The notes under the pieces are model-generated. The model was given only the letters and a program-made list of their open reading frames with translations. It ran no database searches and had not been told where the DNA came from. A DNA stretch of 64,000 nucleotides, taken from a phage. Below, in pieces: positions 26,089 to 34,940 of the stretch. The position numbers and the translations under genes were made by a program. Each line of letters starts with the position of its first letter. The first letter of the stretch is position 1. The stretch lies in sequence record OZ335964.1. The stretch is one strand, 5' to 3'.

Positions 26089-26757
26089 TTATCCCCTTTG
26101 TTTCTTAACTGAATTTGGATCTGGATTTTCTGGTAGGTCTTCCAGACCCATAGCATAACGTTGTGCATAGATTAGCATAAGAATATCGCGAGCGCAATCA
26201 TGAATTGCATCATGTGCGATAAAACCATCTAGCGTACCCATTGGTAACGGACACTCACACATCCCGCGATGCATCAATGTACGCTCAATGGCGGTGCGAA
26301 CATCTCGGATGTTCCAGAATCGCACAGGTTCAAGATTGAACGTCTCTCGTGTATTGTGTGCATCGCGGATCATATCAACTAGTAACGGAATATCAAACGC
26401 ATTACCGCGTGACCACATTACGGATTTAACCGGATCTATTCCTACGGATTCACAGAATGCGTTAAAACGCGCTAAACCTTCTTTAGTTGATACTTCCGTA
26501 CCATTTGTGATTAATTGCTTTCTCATGCCTTCTGAGGCGGTATTCTTCCACCATTCAACCACACCATGATCAAACACCCTTACACCTTTCTGGGAAGGAA
26601 TATCAAATTTTACCAGAAAGGAGTTGTCAACCAGTTCTTTAAATGTAGGTGGATTGTGCGGATCTTCTTTAAATCCGATTGCCGCCATATTGATCACCGC
26701 CCCATCAGGTGGATAACCTAAACTTTCAAAGTCAATCATTAAATCCACTGGAAGCAT
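26089..26757 (-). CDS. dexA: exonuclease A (DexA, DEDD-type)
   Basis: Track ORF trimmed to M25 (MLPVDLMIDFESLG); DEDD-type exonuclease blocks (IDFE, WWKN, TLDGFIAHDAIHDCARD). Confidence 0.8.
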   Translation of the reverse strand: MLPVDLMIDFESLGYPPDGAVINMAAIGFKEDPHNPPTFKELVDNSFLVKFDIPSQKGVRVFDHGVVEWWKNTASEGMRKQLITNGTEVSTKEGLARFNAFCESVGIDPVKSVMWSRGNAFDIPLLVDMIRDAHNTRETFNLEPVRFWNIRDVRTAIERTLMHRGMCECPLPMGTLDGFIAHDAIHDCARDILMLIYAQRYAMGLEDLPENPDPNSVKKQRG

Positions 26758-26758
26758 T

Positions 26759-27001
26759 TTAAATATCCTCCGCGATGTGCCGGAATAACTCCAGATCATT
26801 TTTATCAAGAATGAAACCGCTACAATCAATAATTCCTTTACCGTAATTATCGGTTAATAGTCGGTCCGTTGCCATGTATGCGCGTACTTTGTTGTTAAAA
26901 TTCATTACATGTTGTGCATAGTCACAATGAATCTTTTGACGGTTCCACGCGACAATTGATTCAAGATGAATTACCTTAGAGATATCGTTAATAACAACCA
27001 T
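26759..27001 (-). CDS. hypothetical protein (80 aa)
   Basis: ATG with GAGGT SD. Confidence 0.5.
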   Translation of the reverse strand: MVVINDISKVIHLESIVAWNRQKIHCDYAQHVMNFNNKVRAYMATDRLLTDNYGKGIIDCSGFILDKNDLELFRHIAEDI

Positions 27002-27002
27002 A

Positions 27003-27170
27003 TCAAAAACCTCGCTTAGTGAAATGTTCGATCATTTTATTGATACATGCAGCTTCACTATCGCCGGACACATTCCAGCCATATAGACCCCATCTAAAAC
27101 ACATGGTAACAGTTCCATTGTGACGGCTTACCGTCACATCATTAAATTCTGGGATACTTCGCATAATCAT
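27003..27170 (-). CDS. hypothetical small protein (55 aa)
   Basis: Not in ORF track; ATG with GAGGAA SD overlapping the dda stop; MIMRSIPEFNDVTVSRHNGTVTMCFRWGLYGWNVSGDSEAACINKMIEHFTKRGF. Confidence 0.4.
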   Translation of the reverse strand: MIMRSIPEFNDVTVSRHNGTVTMCFRWGLYGWNVSGDSEAACINKMIEHFTKRGF

Positions 27171-27180
27171 AATAATTTCC

Positions 27181-28572
27181 TCAAATATAGTCTACTCGAT
27201 ACCGCGCACGGGTAACACCCACATATAATAACTGCATTGCCAATTCAAAGTCAACATTGTCTGTACACATGCAAGGAGTATACAGGAACACGCGGTCTAC
27301 GCTTATCCCTTGTGACTTATGAATGGTGCAAGCTGGTAATGCTTTTACATTCAAGAACATACGTTTCATCGTCCAGAAGGAATCCCAATCTGGTTTAAAT
27401 TTTGGATTCTCTTTCTTCATTTCGCGATATTGTCCGGCGACCGTATTCAGATAGATAGAGAAAATGTTCTTCTGACGTTGTTCTGTCAGAATGTTGATTT
27501 CTACTAAATCCGGTTTATCTGTAGTGATTCCGACTGCATCTAAACCGACTTTCTGATTTAGGATTTCTTTGTCTTCGTCATCATCGACGCTTTCCACTTT
27601 CAGAGTATAGCCTAAAACTGGTTGCGGATCTACCCCTGTGCAACGTAATGTAAATTCGCGCGGGATAACCTCTTTAACTCGGATCATCTCACCATTGTTA
27701 AAAATAACATTGGGAATCTTCTTCCCGCGTTCATCTCGCAGATATTCGATCAACGGTTCCTGAGTAACCAGAATTTCATCTACAATCACTGGTTCATCGG
27801 TGTTATAAACGCGCTTACGCACAATTTCATTGAGTTTTTCGACGCTCTTGTTAGTGTAGGCCAGAATACGGTTTTCCAACAAGTCTTCCGGCGTTTTAAC
27901 AGCTTCAAAATAATGTTTCATGAACTCTGGCAGCGTTGAGCTATGGAATACACCCTCGTTGTCGCACTGCTTTTCGAATACCCATTTACCGTTACGGACA
28001 GCAGTCGCCACATCAATTATTGGCGCATTAGATCGTTTAATCTCTGTAAGTTCTACATTCTGGAACCTTTCATCTGTGAAGAAAGGAGAGATCGACGTTG
28101 CACCGCTCGGATCAACTGGTCGTAACTGGTACAGATCACCCACGGCAATAATAACAATTCGACCGTTGATACTCTTCATGAGAATATCAAATAGTTTCTT
28201 ATCGACCATACTCGCTTCATCAACAATGATGATCTGAACATCATCTAGCTTAGGAGTATCTTTTTGTTCAAATACTTGAGTATCTTCATAGTTGGTTGGA
28301 TTTAGTCGCAGTAGTGCATGTAAAGTAAATGCTTGACGACCTACCGCCTTACTCAAAACTTTTTTAGCCTGGTGGGTAGGCGTTGCCAAAACCACACCAG
28401 TTACACCACGGCGGACCATTTCCTGGACAATGAATTTCATCATTGCGGTTTTACCAGTACCCGCCGCACCACGGACAGTTGTATGCTTCTTTTGTTCAAT
28501 GCGTTTCATTAGAACATCAAAAGCATGTTTTTGTCCGTCTGTCAACATATCGAAAGTTAATACTCTGCTCAT
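27181..28572 (-). CDS. dda: Dda DNA helicase (SF1)
   Basis: Walker A GAAGTGKT, Walker B IIIVDEASM, and C-terminal block LYVGVTRAR. Confidence 0.85.
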   Translation of the reverse strand: MSRVLTFDMLTDGQKHAFDVLMKRIEQKKHTTVRGAAGTGKTAMMKFIVQEMVRRGVTGVVLATPTHQAKKVLSKAVGRQAFTLHALLRLNPTNYEDTQVFEQKDTPKLDDVQIIIVDEASMVDKKLFDILMKSINGRIVIIAVGDLYQLRPVDPSGATSISPFFTDERFQNVELTEIKRSNAPIIDVATAVRNGKWVFEKQCDNEGVFHSSTLPEFMKHYFEAVKTPEDLLENRILAYTNKSVEKLNEIVRKRVYNTDEPVIVDEILVTQEPLIEYLRDERGKKIPNVIFNNGEMIRVKEVIPREFTLRCTGVDPQPVLGYTLKVESVDDDEDKEILNQKVGLDAVGITTDKPDLVEINILTEQRQKNIFSIYLNTVAGQYREMKKENPKFKPDWDSFWTMKRMFLNVKALPACTIHKSQGISVDRVFLYTPCMCTDNVDFELAMQLLYVGVTRARYRVDYI

Positions 28573-28886
28573 TATCCTAAAATCCTCACCTTGCGAACAC
28601 AGATAGTATTGAGTTCTCGCCGTACCCGTTCTTTTTCATATTCAGGAATTTTGTATTCTATACCATCCCGAACAATTTCAGAAGACCGGATTATACCAAA
28701 TTTTCGTTTAGGCACAACCTTGTATTTCGGTTCACCTGCCAATAGACTCTCACAATAATCTATCTGATCACACATTGACGCTAAAGCTGCATCATGTGTT
28801 TCGCAAGTTAGGACGCGACCTTTCGCGTCCACTGAGTATTGAAAGAATCCGTCTTTATCACGATAACATACAGCAAATACATGCAT
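28572..28886 (-). CDS. hypothetical protein (104 aa)
   Basis: TAATG overlap with dda start (translational coupling). Confidence 0.5.
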   Translation of the reverse strand: MHVFAVCYRDKDGFFQYSVDAKGRVLTCETHDAALASMCDQIDYCESLLAGEPKYKVVPKRKFGIIRSSEIVRDGIEYKIPEYEKERVRRELNTICVRKVRILG

Positions 28887-29641
28887 TATAAACCTACCTT
28901 CGCTTTCATCAATTCAATCCACGACGCATCAATCGGAAGCCCGTATTTCACGCGTTCTTTTTGTGCTGGCGTTAAGTTCTCATACTTAGAAAGAGATTCA
29001 ATCAAAACGCTGGTATATTTTAGCACGATTTCGGTATTGTTTGCAATAGCCTTAAGTTTTTCCTCTTTCTTGTTGATTTCGCTAAGGGCTTGCTTGAGAT
29101 CTGCAATTTTCTGATAACGTTCTTCCATACGGAAGAGAGTATTTTTAATCGCTCGCTCGGCTGCCTCTGCTTTCTCCGGTTCGTTGTGCTTTTTGTGGCG
29201 CTCGATTGCTAATTTCTTTTCTTCGATTGCCATTTCCTGATTTTTGATGCGATTCTCGTTAAGTTCGATCCACTCTATGTACTTCGCACGTAGGGCAATT
29301 TCATCATCAGAAAGTTTACCGTTAGTTCCTAGTTCTTGGATCTCTTTAAGAGATTCGATAGTGTGATTACCACGGAAAGAATTGTATTTCAGTTTAACCG
29401 GAATCACATTTCCATCAACATAGCCCAGATTGCAATCAATGCGCTCTAAGGAGAGTCCATCATCACCTTCACCAAACTCCTCACCTGAATATGCGCAATG
29501 AGTCTGGCGATAGATGTTACGCACAGTGACTAAGCTCATAGAGAAGTCTTTGTTACGACGAGAAGCGCCAGCCATGATAGAGTTCAAACGGAAAACAACC
29601 AGCGCCAATTCTTCGTTAGATTTAAAAGCAAACAGTTTCAT
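28886..29641 (-). CDS. hypothetical protein (251 aa) with long coiled-coil and degenerate HNH-like motif
   Basis: AAGGAG SD; CAYSGEEFG...LERIDCNLGYVDGNVIPV..NSFRGN resembles an HNH core lacking the catalytic His; E/K-rich helical C-terminal half. Confidence 0.5.
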   Translation of the reverse strand: MKLFAFKSNEELALVVFRLNSIMAGASRRNKDFSMSLVTVRNIYRQTHCAYSGEEFGEGDDGLSLERIDCNLGYVDGNVIPVKLKYNSFRGNHTIESLKEIQELGTNGKLSDDEIALRAKYIEWIELNENRIKNQEMAIEEKKLAIERHKKHNEPEKAEAAERAIKNTLFRMEERYQKIADLKQALSEINKKEEKLKAIANNTEIVLKYTSVLIESLSKYENLTPAQKERVKYGLPIDASWIELMKAKVGL

Positions 29642-29702
29642 AATTGATTCTCCTTAGTTGGTATGTGTGTATTATTGTCTATCTGGTTTGTGCTGTCAAC
29701 AC

Positions 29703-30206
29703 TTAAATTAAAGAAAATTTGTAAATCTCTATCAGGTCGCCATTGCACGCGTAAACTTCCTCGATCTCATCAAGGATCATGGTCGTCCCTGTCTTGTATA
29801 TGCACTCGCGCTCATCCGCCAACATAGCATACAAAGACAGTCGAGTAGTCGGATTGTCATACTCTTTAGACACCACTCGGTCTATAGCATGTTCGTAATA
29901 ATTCATGCAAGGCTTGGTAGGTTTTATTGCAATAATCTTTCCTGTTGCATAAACATCGGTTGCAAAGTCCTCTGCTGTTGATTGTAGTGGCGTAAAGCTC
30001 ATAGGACGCTCTACAACGAAAGAATCACCTACAATTAAGGTATCCAGCTTACGGCCTTCTCTTTTGCTCACACCGCGATACAAGGCTTCGTGATGCACTA
30101 ACCGTTCAGTCTTTTCAATCAATCCATTAAGGATCGACATATCGATATTTTCTTTAGAGTTCATCACTTCATCAATGATGTTAAGTTCTTCTGGTGTGAA
30201 TTGCAT
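29703..30206 (-). CDS. hypothetical protein; possible ADP-ribosyltransferase (ModA/ModB-like)
   Basis: Y-R-G (R44), S-T near 70-77, E-R-E (132-134) spaced like an R-S-ExE ART triad; sits where modA/modB lie in T4 (upstream of dda); unverified. Confidence 0.35.
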   Translation of the reverse strand: MQFTPEELNIIDEVMNSKENIDMSILNGLIEKTERLVHHEALYRGVSKREGRKLDTLIVGDSFVVERPMSFTPLQSTAEDFATDVYATGKIIAIKPTKPCMNYYEHAIDRVVSKEYDNPTTRLSLYAMLADERECIYKTGTTMILDEIEEVYACNGDLIEIYKFSLI

Positions 30207-30239
30207 AATAAAAAAGCCTCCAATCTTTCGACGGGAGGC
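30207..30239 (-). terminator. rho-independent terminator whose stem supplies the SD of the next gene
   Basis: Minus-strand hairpin GCCTCC..GGAGGC followed by TTTTTTATT then ATG. Confidence 0.45.
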
Positions 30240-30324
30240 ATAATAAAACCATTATAGAGTAGTGTCAATCACAAAGTGTATGTGATCTATAAATAAGTTT
30301 GCTAGAACTAAAGGAGACCACAAA

Positions 30325-31254
30325 ATGAACTATAAACGTATTTATGATAACCTGATTGAACGTGCTAAGACTAGAACTATCGACGGATATACAGAAAAGC
30401 ATCACATCATACCACGTTGTATGAATGGAAGCGATGATGATAGCAATCTAGTTAGACTCACCCCAGAGGAACATTACATTGCTCACCTTCTGTTAGTTAA
30501 GATTTACCCAGATAACAGTAAATTGGTTTATGCTGCAAATATGATGTGCGTTTCTTCTGATTCACATAATGGAGAAAGACAGTCAAATAAACGTCATGGT
30601 TGGTTGCGTAGAAAAATGGCAGAGGCACATAGTAAAAGAATCCGCGATAGAATGGAGAACGATCCTGAATATAGAGCTAAGGTTTCGGAATGGGCTAGAA
30701 AAATGGGTAAAGCCATGAAAGGAGTTAAGCGAGGACCGGAATTTAGCAGAAAGTTGGCAGAAAGAAACAGAAATACCGTGATGAAAGAAGAAACTAAACG
30801 TAAAATCGGGGAAGCCAACAAAGGAAGGAAACGTACAGAAGAATATAAAAGAAAACATAGTGAGCGGTATAAGGGTGAAGGTAATCCGATGTATGGTAAA
30901 CGAGGAAAGGAACATCCGGCATATGGTACTAAACCGTGGAACAACCAAACATCATTTGTTGAGCAGAAAGCATGGTGGCGGTTCGCTGGCATGTTCTATG
31001 ACTGGTATCAGATGGATATTGACCGTGGGAAACATAAACGCCACGGTCATAAAAGAATGCTTGATGAATTGGGTTTTGTTGGTTGGCGAGAAAAAGAGCC
31101 AGCCGCAGCAAGACGATCAATTGAAATGTTTGCTAAAGGCTGGAATCCTTATGAAGACCAAGAATGGTTAGATTATATTAATACCCGCTTTCCAAACGAC
31201 GATAGTTTTCCGCGTTCTTCAACATATACAAAACAAACAAATCCTTTGCAGTAA
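30325..31254 (+). CDS. HNH homing endonuclease with NUMOD3-like repeats (opposite strand)
   Basis: EKHHIIPRCMNGSDDDSNLVRLTPEEHYIAH HNH motif; repeated GxxNxxYGK motifs; AAGGAG SD; only plus-strand gene in the early region. Confidence 0.8.
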   Translation: MNYKRIYDNLIERAKTRTIDGYTEKHHIIPRCMNGSDDDSNLVRLTPEEHYIAHLLLVKIYPDNSKLVYAANMMCVSSDSHNGERQSNKRHGWLRRKMAEAHSKRIRDRMENDPEYRAKVSEWARKMGKAMKGVKRGPEFSRKLAERNRNTVMKEETKRKIGEANKGRKRTEEYKRKHSERYKGEGNPMYGKRGKEHPAYGTKPWNNQTSFVEQKAWWRFAGMFYDWYQMDIDRGKHKRHGHKRMLDELGFVGWREKEPAAARRSIEMFAKGWNPYEDQEWLDYINTRFPNDDSFPRSSTYTKQTNPLQ

Positions 31255-31696
31255 GACCTAATGCTAGGAATTTACACATAATAAAATGGAGTTGGTCCAC
31301 CGCCTCTAGGTATGTTTCGAGACGATCCGCCTCTGGCAAATCACTAAAGAGGCGGTTTCGTGCTTCCATGTGATTTGCTTTCCAGTGTTTCCATACCGCG
31401 CTCGCGTCCTTCCCGTTAGACATTCCACCTAATGCAGTATACAATTCTCGTGTTTCGTCGTCAAGAGCATTATCATTCGCTCGAATAAAATCTAAAATTT
31501 CTCCACACGTTTTCAATTCGTCAATTTTTGCTACCCACGGACGGTCCTTAGACACCTGATCCTGTAACGCTTTTTGCATATTCATCATGTGTTGGAACGG
31601 GTTATCACCGTTGGCGATGATTTCTTTATATTTTTCTTCTGCAAAATTCAGAGTTTCCGCATTTACTAAGTGTGCACAAGAATTAAATTCTGACAT
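31178..31696 (-). CDS. 56: dCTP/dUTP pyrophosphatase gp56 (MazG-type all-alpha NTP-PPase)
   Basis: Track ORF trimmed to M3 with GAGGTGA SD; conserved blocks CAHL, ASAVWKHWKA, YMLKNAENY...GY. Confidence 0.7.
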   Translation of the reverse strand: MSEFNSCAHLVNAETLNFAEEKYKEIIANGDNPFQHMMNMQKALQDQVSKDRPWVAKIDELKTCGEILDFIRANDNALDDETRELYTALGGMSNGKDASAVWKHWKANHMEARNRLFSDLPEADRLETYLEAVDQLHFIMCKFLALGLTAKDLFVLYMLKNAENYRRLESGY

Positions 31697-31710
31697 ATTC
31701 ACCTCATTAA

Positions 31711-32739
31711 TTAAAATTTACAATATTTCATAAACCGCATTTTAGCCATCAGACCTTGTACGGTGTTCTCTTTGATATATTCCATGATCTGGTCGCGTGT
31801 AGCGCCCTCGTCCTGAATCATGGCGTTAACGTCTTTAGAATGCCACGGGCAACGGTCCCACAATACAATCTTTTCCCCTGCATTGATAAACTTTTCCAGT
31901 CGGTGCATTGTATCGGCTGACCGTGGTTCCGCATCAAGTACAAACACTCGCTGGTCTGGGAAAGGTATTTCATCTAATCCCAAAGTACCGCCAGTAATTG
32001 CACACCCGTTATCAATAAACAATGAATCGATCGGACCTTCTAAGAAATACACTGGTTTGCTCGGATCGGCGCGTTCAAGACCATAGACCTTACTCGCTAA
32101 CTCATGAGTTTTAATCGTCATATATTTGGTCTTTCCGTAATCCTTTCTCAATGCTCGCCCCTGAATGGATTCTATCTTGTTCTCACGGTTAAAGATAGGA
32201 ATCACTAAACGCGGTTCAGGTTGTGGATTCTTGAAAGTATCAGCTTTAATGTGATTTGCTACCTTTTGCCATTCTCTCGTGAAATACAGAAGATCCCATT
32301 TATCGTGAGGAATACAGCGATCACTAACATACTTTACTATAGGATGATTAGCCGGAAGAGTATCTAATCTCTCGCAGAAAGGCAATGTTTGCACTTTCTT
32401 AATCTCCGGCTTTTCTACCTTTTTCAGTGGCTTGAACGTGGTGTTCTTGTGGTCGCCTTGTTCCTTCCGTCTCTCCATAAGCCATTCCCTGAATAGGTCC
32501 GGCTTATACTGTTTGAGAAATTCACCTAACGGCTGATTGTAGTTACAGTTGAAACAACCACAACGCAAACTATCCTTATAGGTATAGATACGGAATCGCG
32601 CCATTGTGCTATTCTTTTTGGAATCTCCGCAGATCGGACAACTTGCTACTAACGTAAATGAGTTAGTATGTAACCGCTTGAAATTTCGTTCGCCGTATAA
32701 TGCTTTTTCGGCTATTTCATAATCTGCGTAGTAAATCAT
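31711..32739 (-). CDS. 61: DNA primase gp61
   Basis: Zinc ribbon CPICGDS...CFNCNY; TOPRIM blocks (EGPIDSLF, VLDAEPR); GAGGAT SD. Confidence 0.85.
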   Translation of the reverse strand: MIYYADYEIAEKALYGERNFKRLHTNSFTLVASCPICGDSKKNSTMARFRIYTYKDSLRCGCFNCNYNQPLGEFLKQYKPDLFREWLMERRKEQGDHKNTTFKPLKKVEKPEIKKVQTLPFCERLDTLPANHPIVKYVSDRCIPHDKWDLLYFTREWQKVANHIKADTFKNPQPEPRLVIPIFNRENKIESIQGRALRKDYGKTKYMTIKTHELASKVYGLERADPSKPVYFLEGPIDSLFIDNGCAITGGTLGLDEIPFPDQRVFVLDAEPRSADTMHRLEKFINAGEKIVLWDRCPWHSKDVNAMIQDEGATRDQIMEYIKENTVQGLMAKMRFMKYCKF

Positions 32740-32746
32740 AAGATCC

Positions 32747-33310
32747 TCACTGTATATTTTTACTTCTTTGCTTTCCTATCCAGATCCGTCTAACTGTTTC
32801 CGCATTAACATCATATATTTTTGCGATCTTTGCCGCAGATCCGGTTCCTTTTAGAGTTTTGATTTCTTCAATCTGATCTTTGGTTAATTTAGCCCAATGG
32901 TGTGCATCACCATAACACGAACTCAGACCGTGTGTCAATGCATGAATCTGATTTTCTGATTGTGTAACCCATTCAAGATTATATAGGTCATGGTTTCTTT
33001 TGTTTCCATCGATATGATTAACAAACGGCAAATTGTTTACGTTTGGTATAAACGCTTCTGCTTTTGCTCTGTGTATGTATATCGATAGAGATTTAACCCT
33101 AGACCCTGAACTAGTTTTATTACCGTAAGGATCTCTGATTCTTGCTACGGCGTATCCACCGCTTCTTCCGGCTACAGATTCTCTATAAATCTTTCCTGTT
33201 TTCTTGTTTCTAATGCGTCCATATGAGCTAACCTCGTAGCCTGGCATTTCGACGCCCATATAAACAAGGTCTTTCCATTCTTCTGGATGTTCGTCACAAT
33301 ACCGTTTCAT
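32747..33310 (-). CDS. HNH homing endonuclease (NUMOD4 + HNH_3 + C-terminal HTH)
   Basis: GYEVSSYGRIRN NUMOD4 motif; VNHIDGNKRNHDLYNLEWVTQSEN HNH; C-terminal HTH AAKIAKIYDVNAETVRRI. Confidence 0.8.
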   Translation of the reverse strand: MKRYCDEHPEEWKDLVYMGVEMPGYEVSSYGRIRNKKTGKIYRESVAGRSGGYAVARIRDPYGNKTSSGSRVKSLSIYIHRAKAEAFIPNVNNLPFVNHIDGNKRNHDLYNLEWVTQSENQIHALTHGLSSCYGDAHHWAKLTKDQIEEIKTLKGTGSAAKIAKIYDVNAETVRRIWIGKQRSKNIQ

Positions 33311-33325
33311 GATGTTATTAACCTC

Positions 33326-33529
33326 TTATAGCTCAAATTTCATGAAAGTTCCTACACTTTCATTTTCATTCTCTCCGTTCTCATCTAAGCCAAATTTGTA
33401 GACACTACCATCTGGCGATGTGTAAGAGAATACACGAAAACGGCCTACCGGATCAAGTTCCATGAACTCATATTCTTTTCCGGCTTCAAACAGTGCATAT
33501 GTGCTCTTAAGACATTTCATCGTAATCAT
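33326..33529 (-). CDS. hypothetical protein (67 aa)
   Basis: ATGA overlap with the upstream ORF stop. Confidence 0.45.
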   Translation of the reverse strand: MITMKCLKSTYALFEAGKEYEFMELDPVGRFRVFSYTSPDGSVYKFGLDENGENENESVGTFMKFEL

Positions 33530-33717
33530 TTAAGTGCCACCGACAACAGAATGAGAACTACACCAACATACATTGTGATCTCGGATAACTTTTCTGTTTT
33601 TGTTTTGTGTCCAGATAATCCGAAAACAACAACACCGATAATAGCGGACAGCAAGCCAACGATAAACATGATGATACTAAGCACCGTCTTTCTCCTTCTT
33701 GCGTTTTTCTTTACCAA
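33526..33717 (-). CDS. small membrane protein (63 aa, 2 predicted TM)
   Basis: Basic N-terminus then two hydrophobic helices (LSIIMFIVGLLSAIIGVVVFGL, ITMYVGVVLILLSVAL). Confidence 0.45.
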   Translation of the reverse strand: MVKKNARRRKTVLSIIMFIVGLLSAIIGVVVFGLSGHKTKTEKLSEITMYVGVVLILLSVALK

Positions 33718-33853
33718 CTACACTAGGTCCACGATTGGTAATAGATCCGCTCGTTTCCCCCGCTGCGATCTTCTCAGGATTGCCGCCAGCATCGCCAGCG
33801 GTCATATCTTCTTTGAGTTTATTTTCTTCAACAAACTGTTTAAAGCCAATCAT
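33677..33853 (-). CDS. possible small protein (58 aa); overlaps the membrane-protein ORF
   Basis: Not in ORF track; ATGA overlap with upstream stop; Gly/Lys-rich, low complexity; could be a shadow frame. Confidence 0.25.
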   Translation of the reverse strand: MIGFKQFVEENKLKEDMTAGDAGGNPEKIAAGETSGSITNRGPSVVGKEKRKKEKDGA

Positions 33854-34224
33854 AGAATAATCTCTTTCAGTAAGTCAACAATCTGGTCTTTCGTCAGTTT
33901 ATCCTGATTCTCTACAATCTTGATGACACAAGCGTTAACATCTTTGCGAGTCACGCGGGAGATCGTTTTAATACGATGAAACGGTTCGTAGAAATATACT
34001 GCTTCATTATAGAGCGCAGCAATTTTTCGACGCATTTGATCTTTATCAGCCAGAAAAACAATTGCAGTTTTCGGATCTACGCCAGCCACATCATAAAGTT
34101 CGGCGACTCCCCAGCGTCCTTCCGGTTCAATCATTCCGGCGTGTTTACCGTCGATAAAAATAAGAATATCTCCGTTGAATGCGGTTTTGAATGCTACATC
34201 TTCCGGCGTAATCATATTTTTCAT
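33850..34224 (-). CDS. hypothetical protein (124 aa)
   Basis: ATG with AAGGAG SD. Confidence 0.5.
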   Translation of the reverse strand: MKNMITPEDVAFKTAFNGDILIFIDGKHAGMIEPEGRWGVAELYDVAGVDPKTAIVFLADKDQMRRKIAALYNEAVYFYEPFHRIKTISRVTRKDVNACVIKIVENQDKLTKDQIVDLLKEIIL

Positions 34225-34254
34225 AATATAGTCTCCTTAGAGTTTCATTATAGA

Positions 34255-34890
34255 TCAAGCGAATGTAGAAAGCAAATGTTTTGTTTCTTTCAGTTGTCGT
34301 TCAAGATCTTTGCGTTTCTCTTTAAGTTGCATTTTAGCATTGTTTCGCTGTTTTTCAACATCTTTATCGATGTGCTTAGTCCAATTATCAATATCAGAAT
34401 AAGTTGGCATACCCAATTCTAAGCCTAATGCGGTTGGATACAGGGTAACAGTCCATAAACCGCTAATCTTCTTAAATAGGTCGGGATGTAGTGTACTACC
34501 TACATCTTCCGGTGTCAACTCTTTTTCTTCTTTCAGTGGTGGGATCTCGTCATATGGTTCCAGCGCATTTACTTTAATATCAGATACCTCATCAAAGAAT
34601 CCGCGTACATCCGCAGGAAATACACAGGCAATTTCCCAACCGTGATCACGCAGAGAAGTAATATTTTTCACTCCCCCACCATGCGTGATGATTGATGTGA
34701 CATTGCCATCAAGGTCCACCGAATTTACGAGAAATGGCTTATCGTCTGTCAGATCATTATAAAACTGTGCTTCGGCTGTAGTCATCTCCAGAAACAGATC
34801 TCGGATCGGACGACCATCAGGTGCGTTACCTTCCTTGAGAGTATAAAAGCGACTTACGATCCATTTTGGCGGTAAAGCATTAGCGATCAT
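34255..34890 (-). CDS. hypothetical protein (211 aa)
   Basis: ATG with AGGAG SD; no recognised motif. Confidence 0.55.
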   Translation of the reverse strand: MIANALPPKWIVSRFYTLKEGNAPDGRPIRDLFLEMTTAEAQFYNDLTDDKPFLVNSVDLDGNVTSIITHGGGVKNITSLRDHGWEIACVFPADVRGFFDEVSDIKVNALEPYDEIPPLKEEKELTPEDVGSTLHPDLFKKISGLWTVTLYPTALGLELGMPTYSDIDNWTKHIDKDVEKQRNNAKMQLKEKRKDLERQLKETKHLLSTFA

Positions 34891-34918
34891 GTTATATCTC
34901 CTATCAAATCATTCACCA

Positions 34919-34934
34919 GCGCCCCGTAGGGCGC
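34919..34934 (-). other. intercistronic GC stem-loop downstream of gene 41
   Basis: GCGCCC-CGTA-GGGCGC hairpin between gp41 stop and the next SD. Confidence 0.35.
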
Positions 34935-34940
34935 ATTTTA

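Noticed and set aside
30583-30992. Minus-strand ORFs (121 and 132 aa) antisense to the plus-strand HNH gene
   Set aside because: Low-complexity translations with no SD, fully inside the well-supported HNH ORF.
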